Assembly (NCBI GenBank): GCA_008369845.1
Contig: MRSU01010034.1
Location: 1-53,722 of the forward strand
Reading direction: 5' to 3'
Length of the DNA: 53,722 bases
DNA from: Trichomonas gallinae
Taxonomy: Eukaryota
Under the pieces are notes generated by a model that ran no database searches, was not told where the DNA came from, and was given only the letters and a program-made list of their open reading frames with translations. How positions within the stretch are numbered: the first letter of the stretch is position 1; each line of letters opens with the position of its first letter. The position numbers and the translations under genes are program-made. Of the stretch, positions 24,091 through 35,359 are shown in pieces.

Positions 24091-25032
24091 ATGGATAATA
24101 TAGAGTGTGCTTTCTTCCACGAGCGCGGGCTCATCTACAGGGAGACGATTGGGGAAGGCGGCTTTGGTAAGCTCTTCTTGGTATATTCGCAACAATATGG
24201 ACAATTTTTCGCACTAAAAAAGATTCCTCAATATTCATTCAATGAGGGTGAAATTGAATGTCTTAAGCATATCTGTCATGCTAATATCATCAATCTCTAT
24301 AAGTATTTCAAGTTCAATGGCTTTGTTTACATGTTAATGGAATATTGTCCAAAGGATCTTTATCACACGATCAAAGATTCCAATGGCATCAGCGATGAAA
24401 TGCTTAAGAAGTATATATACGAGATACTTCTCGCTATCAACGCCTGCCATAACAAGAACATTGCTCATCAAGATATTAAACCATCTAATTTCTTGCTCGA
24501 TAAGTATGGCCGCATCAAGGTTTGTGACTTTGGATTGTCACAATGCTACCACGGTGAAGTGAACCCATCAACTAATTCTTGCAAAGGAACATTCTGCTTT
24601 ATGGCGCCAGAAATGTTCAAGAAATGCCCATACAATCCATTAAAGGCTGATATCTGGTCTCTTGGAGTGACTTTATTCTACTTAGCAACAAAAACATTTC
24701 CATTTGTTGCTCCGAACAAGTCTGAGTTCATCAAGAACATCTTCACTGGACTTTTCCCATCGTATAAAGTCAATAACGCACTCCTCAGAGATGTAATTCA
24801 AGCTTGTTTAGTTCTTGATCCTATGAATCGCGCTTCTGTTGATCAGTTGCTTGAGATGCCATACTTCGACTCATTGAAGTATGAGAATGATGTTCGCAAC
24901 GTTCCGCAGACAAAATCCCTTCATGCTTTCTTAATTAAGCCAATCTGCCAAGGAGTTGGCCTCAAAACAACTGAAAGAAAGTCTGTTATCCAGGTTAACC
25001 GGCCAATTCCAGTCGGAATCAGAAAACGCTAA
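24091..25032 (+). CDS. CAMK-group Ser/Thr protein kinase (non-RD), paralog of 16877
   Basis: True ATG at 24091 after Inr TCATTT (24081); GEGGFG, ALK, HQDIKPSN, DFG, APE. Confidence 0.92.
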   Translation: MDNIECAFFHERGLIYRETIGEGGFGKLFLVYSQQYGQFFALKKIPQYSFNEGEIECLKHICHANIINLYKYFKFNGFVYMLMEYCPKDLYHTIKDSNGISDEMLKKYIYEILLAINACHNKNIAHQDIKPSNFLLDKYGRIKVCDFGLSQCYHGEVNPSTNSCKGTFCFMAPEMFKKCPYNPLKADIWSLGVTLFYLATKTFPFVAPNKSEFIKNIFTGLFPSYKVNNALLRDVIQACLVLDPMNRASVDQLLEMPYFDSLKYENDVRNVPQTKSLHAFLIKPICQGVGLKTTERKSVIQVNRPIPVGIRKR

Positions 25033-25934
25033 TAATATTTATATTATCATGTATTTTGTTTGTATTTATATAAAATACCATGTTGATTTTCCTAAACAAA
25101 TTGTTTTTGTTTTCCAAGATGTCCATATTAAACATTATTGTTAATGATTATGATTATGATAGATATTGTTATTATGTAGTTTTTGCTTTCCATTATCGCT
25201 AATGTATTTAATGAAATACAAGTTTGCTTTCAAATATTGATGTAAAATTGGTTCATTATATGAATATATGACAATGTCAATGAGCACTTAGCATATCGAC
25301 TTAAATAGCTGATGGCTTATGAAATTTGGAATTATGTCTTGGTTAAGCGTATCTATGATATTATTTTGAAAAACTGCATTATTGAGATCAAATACATCCA
25401 GAAGTAATTTTATATTCTCTTAGTCTATGAAATTTAAATATGAAATGCAACTATACTCGTATAAAAAAAATTAGCTAATATGATTCTGTTGATTTGTTTT
25501 CACTTATTTAATTTAAATCGATTATTTTCACAAAACAAGAAGGATTATAGCTCTTACACGTATTACTTTCATCATTTCAAAAAAATACAAAAATATTTTC
25601 ACTGATTAGTTGAAATGAAATTCTTGATGTGGTTATCAATTTTCATTCACCCAGTATCGAATATACCATGTGAATAAAAACCAGGACGGCTGATTGGAAT
25701 AATGAAATATTATTTTCGATTGAATTAAAGCTAATCACCACAAAATCTGAATGAATACAGAATGTATGTCATCATTTATTGATCTAGAAGCATCAAATCA
25801 GGAATTTTTCGATGGTTTAAAATATAATGGATTTAAACAAAGTTTGTGACAGAATGATGGATGTCTATGACATGGTGGAAGAATCAGCAAACATATGAAT
25901 TTATAAATGATCAGACAAATTTCATTTTTGTAAA

Positions 25935-26582
25935 ATGGATAATTCCAACGTTTTAAAAATAATGTCAATATTAATGGATTCTCCGCTGGGTAAAGTCTTC
26001 AACGAATGCTTCATCCCAGATGGCGTCTCTGATGCCGAATACAACCAAAAATTCCATAATTCAATTGATCTTTCTATGATTAAAGCAAATGTTCAGAAAA
26101 ATAAGTACAAATCTATAACGCATTGGAAAAATGATATGATTGAATGCTTCAAACAATTCGATAAACTCGGAAAATTTTCAGATAATTATATAATTTCGGC
26201 TTTAGCAAATCATGCTCTCAAAAAATTCCACAAACTATGCCGAAAATTTCTACCCATGTCATATTCCCAATGGTTTAGCTACACTTCTATTCTAGATGAT
26301 AGATTAAATCAATTAATAAACTCACACCCTGAATTATCTAAAATTATTGACAAAGACTCAATTATTACTGTTCCCACTAAGAAGGAAATGAAAGATTTAG
26401 GAAAAGAACTCAAATTATTACTTGATCAAAGCAAAATCAACGATTTTTACTCTCTTGTACAAATGTTTAATATATATCCTAGTGAATTGGGACAATTAAC
26501 AGTTAATACAAACGAAATGACCCCAAATCAGGCAAGAACAATAATCAACTTTATAAAGCAATCGGTTCCAGCAACAAAATGA
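25935..26582 (+). CDS. Divergent bromodomain protein with ET-like C-terminal domain
   Basis: SPLGKVF..P..Y....SIDLSMIKANVQKNKYKS...W..DM matches the bromodomain ZA loop and helix A/B; C-terminal KEMKDLGKEL...LTVNTNEMTP resembles the ET domain; Inr TCATTT at 25922. Confidence 0.7.
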   Translation: MDNSNVLKIMSILMDSPLGKVFNECFIPDGVSDAEYNQKFHNSIDLSMIKANVQKNKYKSITHWKNDMIECFKQFDKLGKFSDNYIISALANHALKKFHKLCRKFLPMSYSQWFSYTSILDDRLNQLINSHPELSKIIDKDSIITVPTKKEMKDLGKELKLLLDQSKINDFYSLVQMFNIYPSELGQLTVNTNEMTPNQARTIINFIKQSVPATK

Positions 26583-27560
26583 TTGATATTCACGATTTGA
26601 TATCAAATATACGACTATCAAAGCATCAGTTCTGTTGTTTACGAATTTATATTTTTTCATTAGCATCTGATAGAATGCTATCGACTACAATGGTCTTCAT
26701 GTCCCATTACTACAAGATTGCAACTTATTTTGCAGATTAGAAGATTTTTCATCTTTGCACATTTATTATTCCGCAAATGTGTTTAGCTATTGTCATATTA
26801 AATAAGTATTGTTGCTAAAAATACTGTTTTAATTTTTCTTATACTATCCAAATTTGGAATTTATCAAATCCGCAATTCTAGTCTTGAGAAAGGAAATTTT
26901 ATATTATATAATGTTTTAGAATCTAATGCAATGGTTAAATGTTATTTTTCCATAAAACAAATTTTAGGTAAAAAACAATACACCGAACCAGCTTGTCATA
27001 ATATCAGCATAATGTACATTATGTAAAATAGGTGATAAATAAACACGAATTAATTCTGGATCAGCCTAATTCTGCCACAATCTCAAAAAAGTCTAGATTT
27101 TCCTAGAAATATATCAAAAATCCGATCAGCAGACCAATATCATTATAATCATTATATGCTAAATCATTAGAACAAGTTTGTAAAACTTCTTAACGATCTT
27201 AAACCTTTTTGCATATGATTATTATATAAACTTAAGTTTATTATATCATTAAAATGATTGCCAAAAATTATGGCCTTTTCATTATAAAAATTCTATTAAA
27301 TTTTCAATATAAGAGTCCAAAATAATTAAAAAAGAATATAGTATTATTCCTATTCACCACATTTATATATGATTGAAATTATTTTTGGTCATTTGATTTC
27401 TCAAAATTTTCTAATATTTACGGGCGTGATAGTTGTCCTTAAAAATGCGCAAAACATTTAAATATAATGATTTTGATTATTTTAAATTTAAATTGGTTTC
27501 AAATTTGAGTTGAAAATAATCGTTTGATTTTTTTCTTTTTTGTGTACTAATTATTTTACG

Positions 27561-27899
27561 ATGATTTTCCTTTTCTTTCTGGTCCAGCAGAGGAGTTTGT
27601 TAGATAATGCGAAGATTAACATTGACATAGAGAAGAAAGAGGATCAGAAGCCGCAATTAGATTTCATGCCGAATCTTTTCAATTTTCAATTCTCAAAAAA
27701 AGCTGATGTTCAAGAGCCAGTGAAACCATCATGTAGTGGATCAAAAACCAATACTACACATCGTCATATTCAACCTGTTAACGATTATACAAAAAGACCT
27801 GTCATCGAGTACATTCTTATTGCTGCTCTTTGCTTGTTACTTAATTTCGGCTCTTATGCTGGTATCCGACATTTTATTGATCTTATGTTGTTTGATTAA
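27561..27899 (+). CDS. Small single-pass membrane protein (112 aa)
   Basis: ATG at 27561 (MIFLFFLV hydrophobic start) and a C-terminal hydrophobic helix YILIAALCLLLNFGSYAGI. Confidence 0.65.
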   Translation: MIFLFFLVQQRSLLDNAKINIDIEKKEDQKPQLDFMPNLFNFQFSKKADVQEPVKPSCSGSKTNTTHRHIQPVNDYTKRPVIEYILIAALCLLLNFGSYAGIRHFIDLMLFD

Positions 27900-28519
27900 A
27901 CTAGAAAATGGACTTTATACAAAAAGAACAAAGCAAGTCACGTTTTCTCAAGCGCCGTATTGCTTCATTCTACGTCTTCATACAGCTTTTAATACAAAGA
28001 AATCTTATAATATATTCCTATCTATATTATTAATAGAATAACACATTCCAAAATATATGTTGGCTAATGTGTCTTCAACTTTTATATCTTTTACTGTTTA
28101 TAATATGAAACCATATAAGAAAATTGTTGTTTGATCTATTTGTTATATCTAAAATGTATTTACAAACCATATGTAAGCTATTTTTTAATGTCTAAATCAT
28201 ATTTCCTCGATAATATTTTTTCTCAATTTAAAAATTTCGTTTTCTGAGTCTGATGTTTTGAATTTAGGATATATAGCACAATTCAATTCTAATGCTAAAG
28301 TTTGAGGATTTGGAAATATGAATGATTCGTTGTTTGTTTGATCAAAACAGTCAAATTTATTCGTGATTTTTTTAATATTTATTATTTTTTATTAAAAATT
28401 GTTGTTATAGGATTAAATTGAACGATTTTCAGGAAAGTAAATAATCGAAATTATACTATTTTTTGCATATATTAATAATATCATATAAAATAACTTATTA
28501 AATTTTTTAAACTCGGAAA

Positions 28520-28625
28520 TACATGTCAGAAATAAAGCATTTCTTAATCTTACATGACAAAAATAATAAATTCTCAAAATTACATGTCATAAATCCCCGT
28601 TTCTGAAAATTACATGTCATAAATT
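28520..28625. promoter_or_regulatory. Array of four TACATG(T/A)CA motifs at ~30-bp spacing
   Basis: Cores at 28520, 28551, 28581 and 28611, ending ~55 nt before the ATG at 28675. Confidence 0.55.
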
Positions 28626-28674
28626 TTGTTTTGAAATTCGTTGTAAACATTCTTATTATTTTGGACACGTTTCT

Positions 28675-29241
28675 ATGGATCATTTAAATAAAAAGTCAAC
28701 ACGCCGTAGTACTCCAATGATTGATAATCTTCCAATCGTTGAAGTAGAAATGCCCAAAACACCAAGAACTTATCGCCCGCGAAATTATTTTAAATTCGGA
28801 AATTCTGCTCCTCAATATACAATTAATCCTAAACGACCAATATCAGACAGAACTATTACATCTGATATTGATACACCTGATATTCGAAGAATTGGTGGAA
28901 TTCGACAAAAGATTTCTGAAACAGACAGAGGATTGTTTTACATACCAACCGATGGTCCAGGTGTAATTTACTCACCACGTTTGCCTCAAACAGCAAAAGG
29001 AGCAAGGATTTCTCTACGCATTCCAGAAAAAATAAATGATTTCCCAGGTCCAGGAGCATATTCACCAAGATATGACCAGCCTAAGTACTTGACGACATTA
29101 TCTCGGAGTGTTAGTAGTGATTACTGGAAAGTTGATGATACGCCTGGCCCAGGCACATATAACATTACGCCACCACTGAAACGTGTAAAACACTGGTATA
29201 GACGTTGCACGGCTCCACCAGTGGAAAAAGTTATATATTGA
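28675..29241 (+). CDS. Sperm-tail PG-rich (SHIPPO/ODF3-like) repeat flagellar protein
   Basis: Repeats DGPGVIY, FPGPGAYSP and TPGPGTYN in a basic, low-complexity protein. Confidence 0.75.
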   Translation: MDHLNKKSTRRSTPMIDNLPIVEVEMPKTPRTYRPRNYFKFGNSAPQYTINPKRPISDRTITSDIDTPDIRRIGGIRQKISETDRGLFYIPTDGPGVIYSPRLPQTAKGARISLRIPEKINDFPGPGAYSPRYDQPKYLTTLSRSVSSDYWKVDDTPGPGTYNITPPLKRVKHWYRRCTAPPVEKVIY

Positions 29242-29710
29242 AATAATTAATTTTGTTTGTAATTAGTTTACGTAAACTTTATAGAATGGAAACATAATGA
29301 AATCTCACACACTGAATCACTCCATTGTGAAACAGAAAAATCAATTATAGCATATCAAAGCTTATAAATATGTGAGTAATAGCAGAGATATGTAAAGAAT
29401 TTATAGCTAATTAGCAAATGGGTTAGATTTTTTCAAAAGATAAAAATATCTTACAATGAGTATCTGAAATTGTATTTAACAATACATAGTGACTATCGAT
29501 ATTCGGAAAATGAATCCAATTTTATGCCAAATCATTAATACAAATTAGAAAAAATAATATATGCGAGATGTATTAATTTTTATTATTGAAAACAACTAAA
29601 CATGAGAAGAATTTATATAGTTATAATCTTTTTTGCATGTATCAATTTTTTGTTTGTAAAATAACTTTACATGACAAAAATCATATAAAATAGTTTGGTA
29701 ATTTTCATTT

Positions 29711-32700
29711 ATGACTTATCATGGACGGTCTTCAGCACATGAATATAAAGACTACAATGGAACCGTCCAACTTATGCAGCGTACTCCCTGTAACCAAAAC
29801 CTACCAAGTAATATCTACTATGGTGGATTTGGTACAACCGGAAATAATTTCGGCAGTTATTTTACTTTAAATTTGGGCCAAAGTCAGATGTTCACGAACT
29901 TATATGGATACGAAACCTTAAAACGTTACAGTAATTATGCGCATTCTTTAATTCCCGAAATAAATCGACCGCTTGAAGTAACAGCAACACCAATGCCAAA
30001 GTGCTTTAAAGAAATATACGATATACAGAACGCACTTTCCAATTATGATTCATCAAATACAGAACAAACAGAATTAATTGTAAATTTCATTAAACGAAAT
30101 CCGAATATTGGTCTCAGAGAATTCGAAATCAACGTCCACCTTCGTCCAAGATTAATAAAACATTATGCAAAGCTTTATACAATGTTTCCACAAGAAATCA
30201 GATTATTAGCGCGCACAACCATTCGATTATCATCATTTTTCTGTCATTATTTAATGGAATTAGAACCTCAAAATGAATACGAAGCTTCTCAACTCAGTTC
30301 AAGATTCACACAAGAAGTGAAACAACATTATGTTGCAAGTTTTGTTAATAAACTGTTTAAAAATCATCCAGCTATGAATCGCGAATACTTATACGATTTA
30401 ATTGATGCGATTGTTGATGATAATGTTGATTACTTCGTTTCGATCACAAACAAGCAAGATTACATTAATGATTCTATTTACAGAACCATTGGCTATGCAA
30501 CTCTCATCGAGCATTTTGCTTTTTACGGATCAATTAATTGTTTCAAATTTTTATTAATGAACAATGTGAACTTAAAAGGCATTGGTCCATTTGCATTGGC
30601 AGGTGGTAACATAGAAATCATTCGCTTATTGATCCAAAAAGAAGTTGATTTCAAAAATGTTATTGATTTAGCACTTTTCTTCAGACACGACGAACTCTAT
30701 GACTGGCTTAACACTAATTTCATGACAGATGAAGAGCTAGCGAAAGGTAGTCAATCGTATGCAATGACAGAAACACTTTCAATCCAAGCATTACTGTGTT
30801 TAATGGAAGCTAATGATTTAACAAATATGAATGATTTCATGTCTGTTTGTTATCTCGACAAGCAATACGAAATAGTTGAACAACTATCACCAAAAGCGAT
30901 ATACAATTCTCATCTGTTTTATATGATCACTGACGAAAAAATATTGAATAATTTGCTCGATCATACTCCGATAGATTATTATTCAACTCTTTTCACACAA
31001 TGCATATCATACGAATTTAAATCGCATCTAAAAGTCATGATCGCTCATGATTTATTTGATGACCTTTCTATTCCAGCAGAAAGGATGGAAGCAATAAAGT
31101 TATGGATGCCAGAAATTTATCAATTAATCAATGATATAAGCAACGACAAAAGTGCTCCTCCTCAAAAACTCTACAAACGCTATTTGAACAAGCACAAAAT
31201 TTCGCGCGAAGTTACTTACAAAGTCATTATGTACTGCCACGAAATCAACGATTCAAGAACAATTCAAAAACTCTTAACGAACAACTACGGATATCTTAGC
31301 AGAGATGAATTACTCGACGTAATTGAAAAATGTCCATATGTTTCGAATGTATTGATAAAGAATGAAGTTGATCATTATTATCATGATGACATTGATATTC
31401 AAGTTGCACTGATGAAGAACATTAGATTACCAGAATTGGATAAAACAATTCTCAAATTTGTCGATTTAATAACATTTAATCCGGAAGTTCTCAGGAGATT
31501 ATGTATATTCGATTCTCTCTCTTTCGCTAATAGATATTCACCAAATGATGCAATTTTAGCTTCCCATTTACAACATTATGGAATCAACATGACAGAAATT
31601 TCGTCTGTTTCTGAAAACTTGGTGAGTAAGCCACTTAGCCCTTTTGAAACTGCATGTCGTGCCTCTAGAAGAGAACACAGTCCTTTATTACAGATTATTG
31701 TAAACTCAGATACTTTCAAAGAATATTTTAAAGATCATTACAAAGAGTTTATTCATTATCTTTATTATTATACAGAATTCGCTTATTTATACGAAGACAT
31801 CGAATTCACGAAAGAAATGTTTGATGAATTTGTTAGAATAATCGCTTGCATACACAATTCACTCAATAAGAATTTACGTCATGATAAAAACTGTCATCCT
31901 GATCTACCAAAATTTGTTGAAATTTTGCTGAAACAACAAAACAGAAAATTCCTCGACCTCAAGATATTAACAAAATCTAGATACAACCAATACTTAATCT
32001 CGAAGATAGACTTCACACAAGAGGAATTCGATATCATCAAAACAAACAGAACATATCATAATTGGTTATTGGGAAATCCTTACAACGGAAAATATTTCAC
32101 TCCGAAAGAGTTGTTCAAATTCCCGAACGATGAAGTTGTCGAAAGTTTGTTTGTCATCGACATTACACCCCAGCTTGCTCAGGCGATTCGGCAACAAAAT
32201 CCAGAACATCCAATTTTCCGCGACAAAACAATGGAAAGGCCAGAATTTGTACGAATTCTCTCAAATCAAAATCTTTTGAATGTGCTGGTAGCTAATCCTG
32301 CAATATTATCAGCCACACCATCAAAATATTTGGCATTGAAAGAACTCATGACGAGACAAAGAACAAATGAACAAAACTTGACTATTATATTAAATATGCC
32401 AGCGGACCCTGAGTGTTTCCGGGCTATTGAAGAAGCAAGAGATACCCTTTCAATGGATTGCATGATAATGTTATCTTGCAGAAAGCGAGAATTGATTGTT
32501 GAAAAAGGCACGCAAGTATCAGAAGGTGCATTCGTTTCAATGGTGATGAAGAAAACTCCCGTTGAAGTTGAAAGTGTCAAGTTCTGCATTGATAATTATG
32601 GTCCAACAGTCACTGCATTGACAAGAGGTATGCTGGTGTGCAAGAGAGCAGATGTTTTGGATTTGATTCTTCAAAACGGCGCATACATAGATACTATTTC

Positions 32701-34000
32701 GGAAAATATCGGCGGAACATATCTCTTGGAAACAACGATTGAAAACGAATATGATTTGGCAGATGTTTTGCTTAACCACGGAGCTGATGTAAGCTACAGG
32801 TATTCATCAGTAGCTCAATCATCTTCGGATCTTCATCCATCGGTTCAGAAGAGGATCCTTGAGAGAACATCACCTGACATAGAAATCAGATACGACAACA
32901 TTCAAAGGCACATGAATTATATCTATAAGCTTGATGTGAGAACTGATATATTGTACTCTGTAACTCAGATGACATCAGTGATAAACGCCACTGCACCATC
33001 AATGAAAACAAGGCCGTATTTAGTATACGATGCATGCAAACAGAAAAACGACATTGAGGCATTTACGAAATTAATTCATCAAAGCTTTAGCATCGCATCC
33101 AGTTTCCCGCAGGCACTTTATTTCATCGGCCAAATTACTCCAGAGTATAACCAATTTATCTATCGTTTGATCAAGGGTTACAAAGGCTCACAGATTCCAA
33201 CAAGTCCAGAATTCAAAGCTGTCATTGCAGAAGAAATCAAAACAGCAAATGTTGCTTACAAGAATGTTTATTCGATTCTGGAAGGCGTAGATATGCTTGA
33301 AGCACATCCTGAAAATGCAGATTTACTGTTCTTAGCAACACGCACAGGAAAAATTGAATTAATCAGAAAATTATTGGAGCTCGGCGCAAATATCAATGAA
33401 GTTGAAGGTTATTACTTTTTGAACAGCCCAGCATTAGACGCAATTTATCACAACAGAGCTGATATATTGCAGTTATTCATTGACTTTGGATTGGACGTTA
33501 ACCAAGTTTACACTTCAGATAACTACACTCTTATAAATGCTGCAATTGAGTTTAATTCAGTTGCTTGCTTCGATTTGTTACTCGAAAAAGCAAGTTTGGA
33601 GCACAGAGCTCATTTAAGCCCAATGAGCTGTGCATTGATAGAGTTCGAAAATGGAAATCAATACTTCGTGCAGAAGCTGTTGCCTAAAATTGACTTAGTA
33701 TTAGAAAGAATCGAATCCCTCAACTTTGTTCGTTTCGAGGAATGTCAAAGAACAGGAGAACAATTTGTCTTCACTGGAGGAGGGAGACTTGAAGAATTGT
33801 ATTTCCCATTCGAGCCATTAGCTCACAATGACTACGAAAACGTTGATGTTGCGCAGAAAATTTTGATGATGGCTATTGCGATTTTGGATGATCCACTTGA
33901 AATTGAAACAAATCATTATACAAAGAAACCAGGACAGAAATATAAGGCACCTGCTTTTGATATATCTGATTATATTGACTGTTATGATGATGAATATTAA
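29711..34000 (+). CDS. Large ankyrin-repeat protein with DUF3447-type region (1429 aa)
   Basis: AFYGSINCFKFL..ALAGGNIEIIRLL typical of trichomonad DUF3447/ankyrin proteins; C-terminal ankyrin repeats (LLNHGADV, LLELGANIN, SPALDAIYHNRADILQLF); Inr TCATTT at 29705. Confidence 0.85.
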   Translation: MTYHGRSSAHEYKDYNGTVQLMQRTPCNQNLPSNIYYGGFGTTGNNFGSYFTLNLGQSQMFTNLYGYETLKRYSNYAHSLIPEINRPLEVTATPMPKCFKEIYDIQNALSNYDSSNTEQTELIVNFIKRNPNIGLREFEINVHLRPRLIKHYAKLYTMFPQEIRLLARTTIRLSSFFCHYLMELEPQNEYEASQLSSRFTQEVKQHYVASFVNKLFKNHPAMNREYLYDLIDAIVDDNVDYFVSITNKQDYINDSIYRTIGYATLIEHFAFYGSINCFKFLLMNNVNLKGIGPFALAGGNIEIIRLLIQKEVDFKNVIDLALFFRHDELYDWLNTNFMTDEELAKGSQSYAMTETLSIQALLCLMEANDLTNMNDFMSVCYLDKQYEIVEQLSPKAIYNSHLFYMITDEKILNNLLDHTPIDYYSTLFTQCISYEFKSHLKVMIAHDLFDDLSIPAERMEAIKLWMPEIYQLINDISNDKSAPPQKLYKRYLNKHKISREVTYKVIMYCHEINDSRTIQKLLTNNYGYLSRDELLDVIEKCPYVSNVLIKNEVDHYYHDDIDIQVALMKNIRLPELDKTILKFVDLITFNPEVLRRLCIFDSLSFANRYSPNDAILASHLQHYGINMTEISSVSENLVSKPLSPFETACRASRREHSPLLQIIVNSDTFKEYFKDHYKEFIHYLYYYTEFAYLYEDIEFTKEMFDEFVRIIACIHNSLNKNLRHDKNCHPDLPKFVEILLKQQNRKFLDLKILTKSRYNQYLISKIDFTQEEFDIIKTNRTYHNWLLGNPYNGKYFTPKELFKFPNDEVVESLFVIDITPQLAQAIRQQNPEHPIFRDKTMERPEFVRILSNQNLLNVLVANPAILSATPSKYLALKELMTRQRTNEQNLTIILNMPADPECFRAIEEARDTLSMDCMIMLSCRKRELIVEKGTQVSEGAFVSMVMKKTPVEVESVKFCIDNYGPTVTALTRGMLVCKRADVLDLILQNGAYIDTISENIGGTYLLETTIENEYDLADVLLNHGADVSYRYSSVAQSSSDLHPSVQKRILERTSPDIEIRYDNIQRHMNYIYKLDVRTDILYSVTQMTSVINATAPSMKTRPYLVYDACKQKNDIEAFTKLIHQSFSIASSFPQALYFIGQITPEYNQFIYRLIKGYKGSQIPTSPEFKAVIAEEIKTANVAYKNVYSILEGVDMLEAHPENADLLFLATRTGKIELIRKLLELGANINEVEGYYFLNSPALDAIYHNRADILQLFIDFGLDVNQVYTSDNYTLINAAIEFNSVACFDLLLEKASLEHRAHLSPMSCALIEFENGNQYFVQKLLPKIDLVLERIESLNFVRFEECQRTGEQFVFTGGGRLEELYFPFEPLAHNDYENVDVAQKILMMAIAILDDPLEIETNHYTKKPGQKYKAPAFDISDYIDCYDDEY

Positions 34001-34090
34001 TTTATTATATTTTTTATATTGTTCTTTATAAAGAAATATTATTTCACGGATGTTTGCAATTAAATAACAATTATCTCATTTGTTTTATGA

Positions 34091-34190
34091 TACAATGTAA
34101 AATTCAAATTTTGTCAAATAAATTTCTAATTTCGTCAAGTAAATTTCCTATTTTGCCATGTAGAATTCATATTTTGTCGTGTAAAATATC
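34091..34190. repeat. Five-copy 21-bp tandem array of TG(T/C)CRTGTAAA-like units
   Basis: Units start at 34091, 34112, 34133, 34154 and 34175 (exact 21-bp period). Confidence 0.7.
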
Positions 34191-34195
34191 ATCTA

Positions 34196-35161
34196 ATATT
34201 GTCACTTTTTATTTTTATTGAAGACTTGAACTATTATAGGCATCCATTAGGATGCAATGATATTGTTCAAGTCAAAAGCCAGGTATCGTATATAAGAAAT
34301 TCGTACTTCCTAAATCTTACTAATAGCGCAATTATTTCTCAGCAAACTAATCAATATGCAGATATTACAATTGAAGCATGCATATTTAGTAGGGTATGTA
34401 CTAATGCTGGAAGTGGTGGCGCTGTTCTGATTGAATCTGTTGGAAAAGTTATTCAAAGAAAAATCGTATCAGATATGTGTTATACAACTACTGAAGATTC
34501 TAGAGGACAATACTGTTTTGTTTGCCCCAAATCATTACATAGTCTTCCAAATGAAATTCATGAGATTTCCATAAAAGGTTTTGATGAGTATTTTAAAGGG
34601 ATTGATATTATGACTTTGTATTGTGGGTCTATTATTGTATCCAAACTTAATATTTCTCAGCATCAATTATTAGATAGAATTTATAGTTTCATTTACGCAA
34701 GCAAAAATAGTAGTATAAGTTACTGTGATATTGTTTATAATAATGTTAATAGATGGCATGGACTTGTGCATGATCCTCCACAAAGGAATTCTGATGCATA
34801 TTTTTTGTCAAAATGTAATGTTTACAATAATAGTGTCAATTCAGGCGGATTAATTTTTGCCCATTCAGTTCTTTTTGTATCGAATTGTAATATTGTTGGA
34901 AACGAAGGTTTGTATGTTTTTTTTACATATGATCAAAATAGTCGAATATATGTATCAGACTGCTATATTAATAATCAAAATGCCAAAGATAACGATAATG
35001 CATATGTAAATTATTCAAATACTTTCATTGATAAATTTGAAATAGATTTACGAACAGATACTTACGTATGTGCAGTAAGATTTTGTTCACATGCAGAACA
35101 ATGTTTTTATTTATATTACTCTTTAATGCTAGCAATTTGTCCTTTTATTATCTTAGAATAA
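34196..35161 (+). pseudogene. Right-handed beta-helix (Pmp-like) protein lacking its ATG (ATA at the expected start)
   Basis: Open frame of >320 codons with GGAV and I/VxxC/N beta-helix repeats plus a hydrophobic C-terminus; TCATCTA-ATA-TTG-TCA-CTT would give (M)LSLFIFI; first in-frame ATG only at 34475. Confidence 0.55.
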
Positions 35162-35359
35162 TGATAAAAATCTGTTATGTAAAGTAGTTTATTTGTCAAA
35201 GATCAAATAACCTTATCATTGATATTGTTTTATGAAGCAAAACATATACAATAGCAAAATTAACAACAATATATATTGTTTATCTATTACAAACAATCAT
35301 AATAATATCAAAATTTCATGAAAATTTGGAAAAACTAAAAAACTCTATTAGATGACGAA

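Noticed and set aside
28520..28625. CRISPR-like repeat-spacer look of the motif arrays (also 47011-47098)
   Set aside because: Eukaryotic context, repeats only 9-19 bp, spacers short, AT-rich and partly similar to each other, no cas genes
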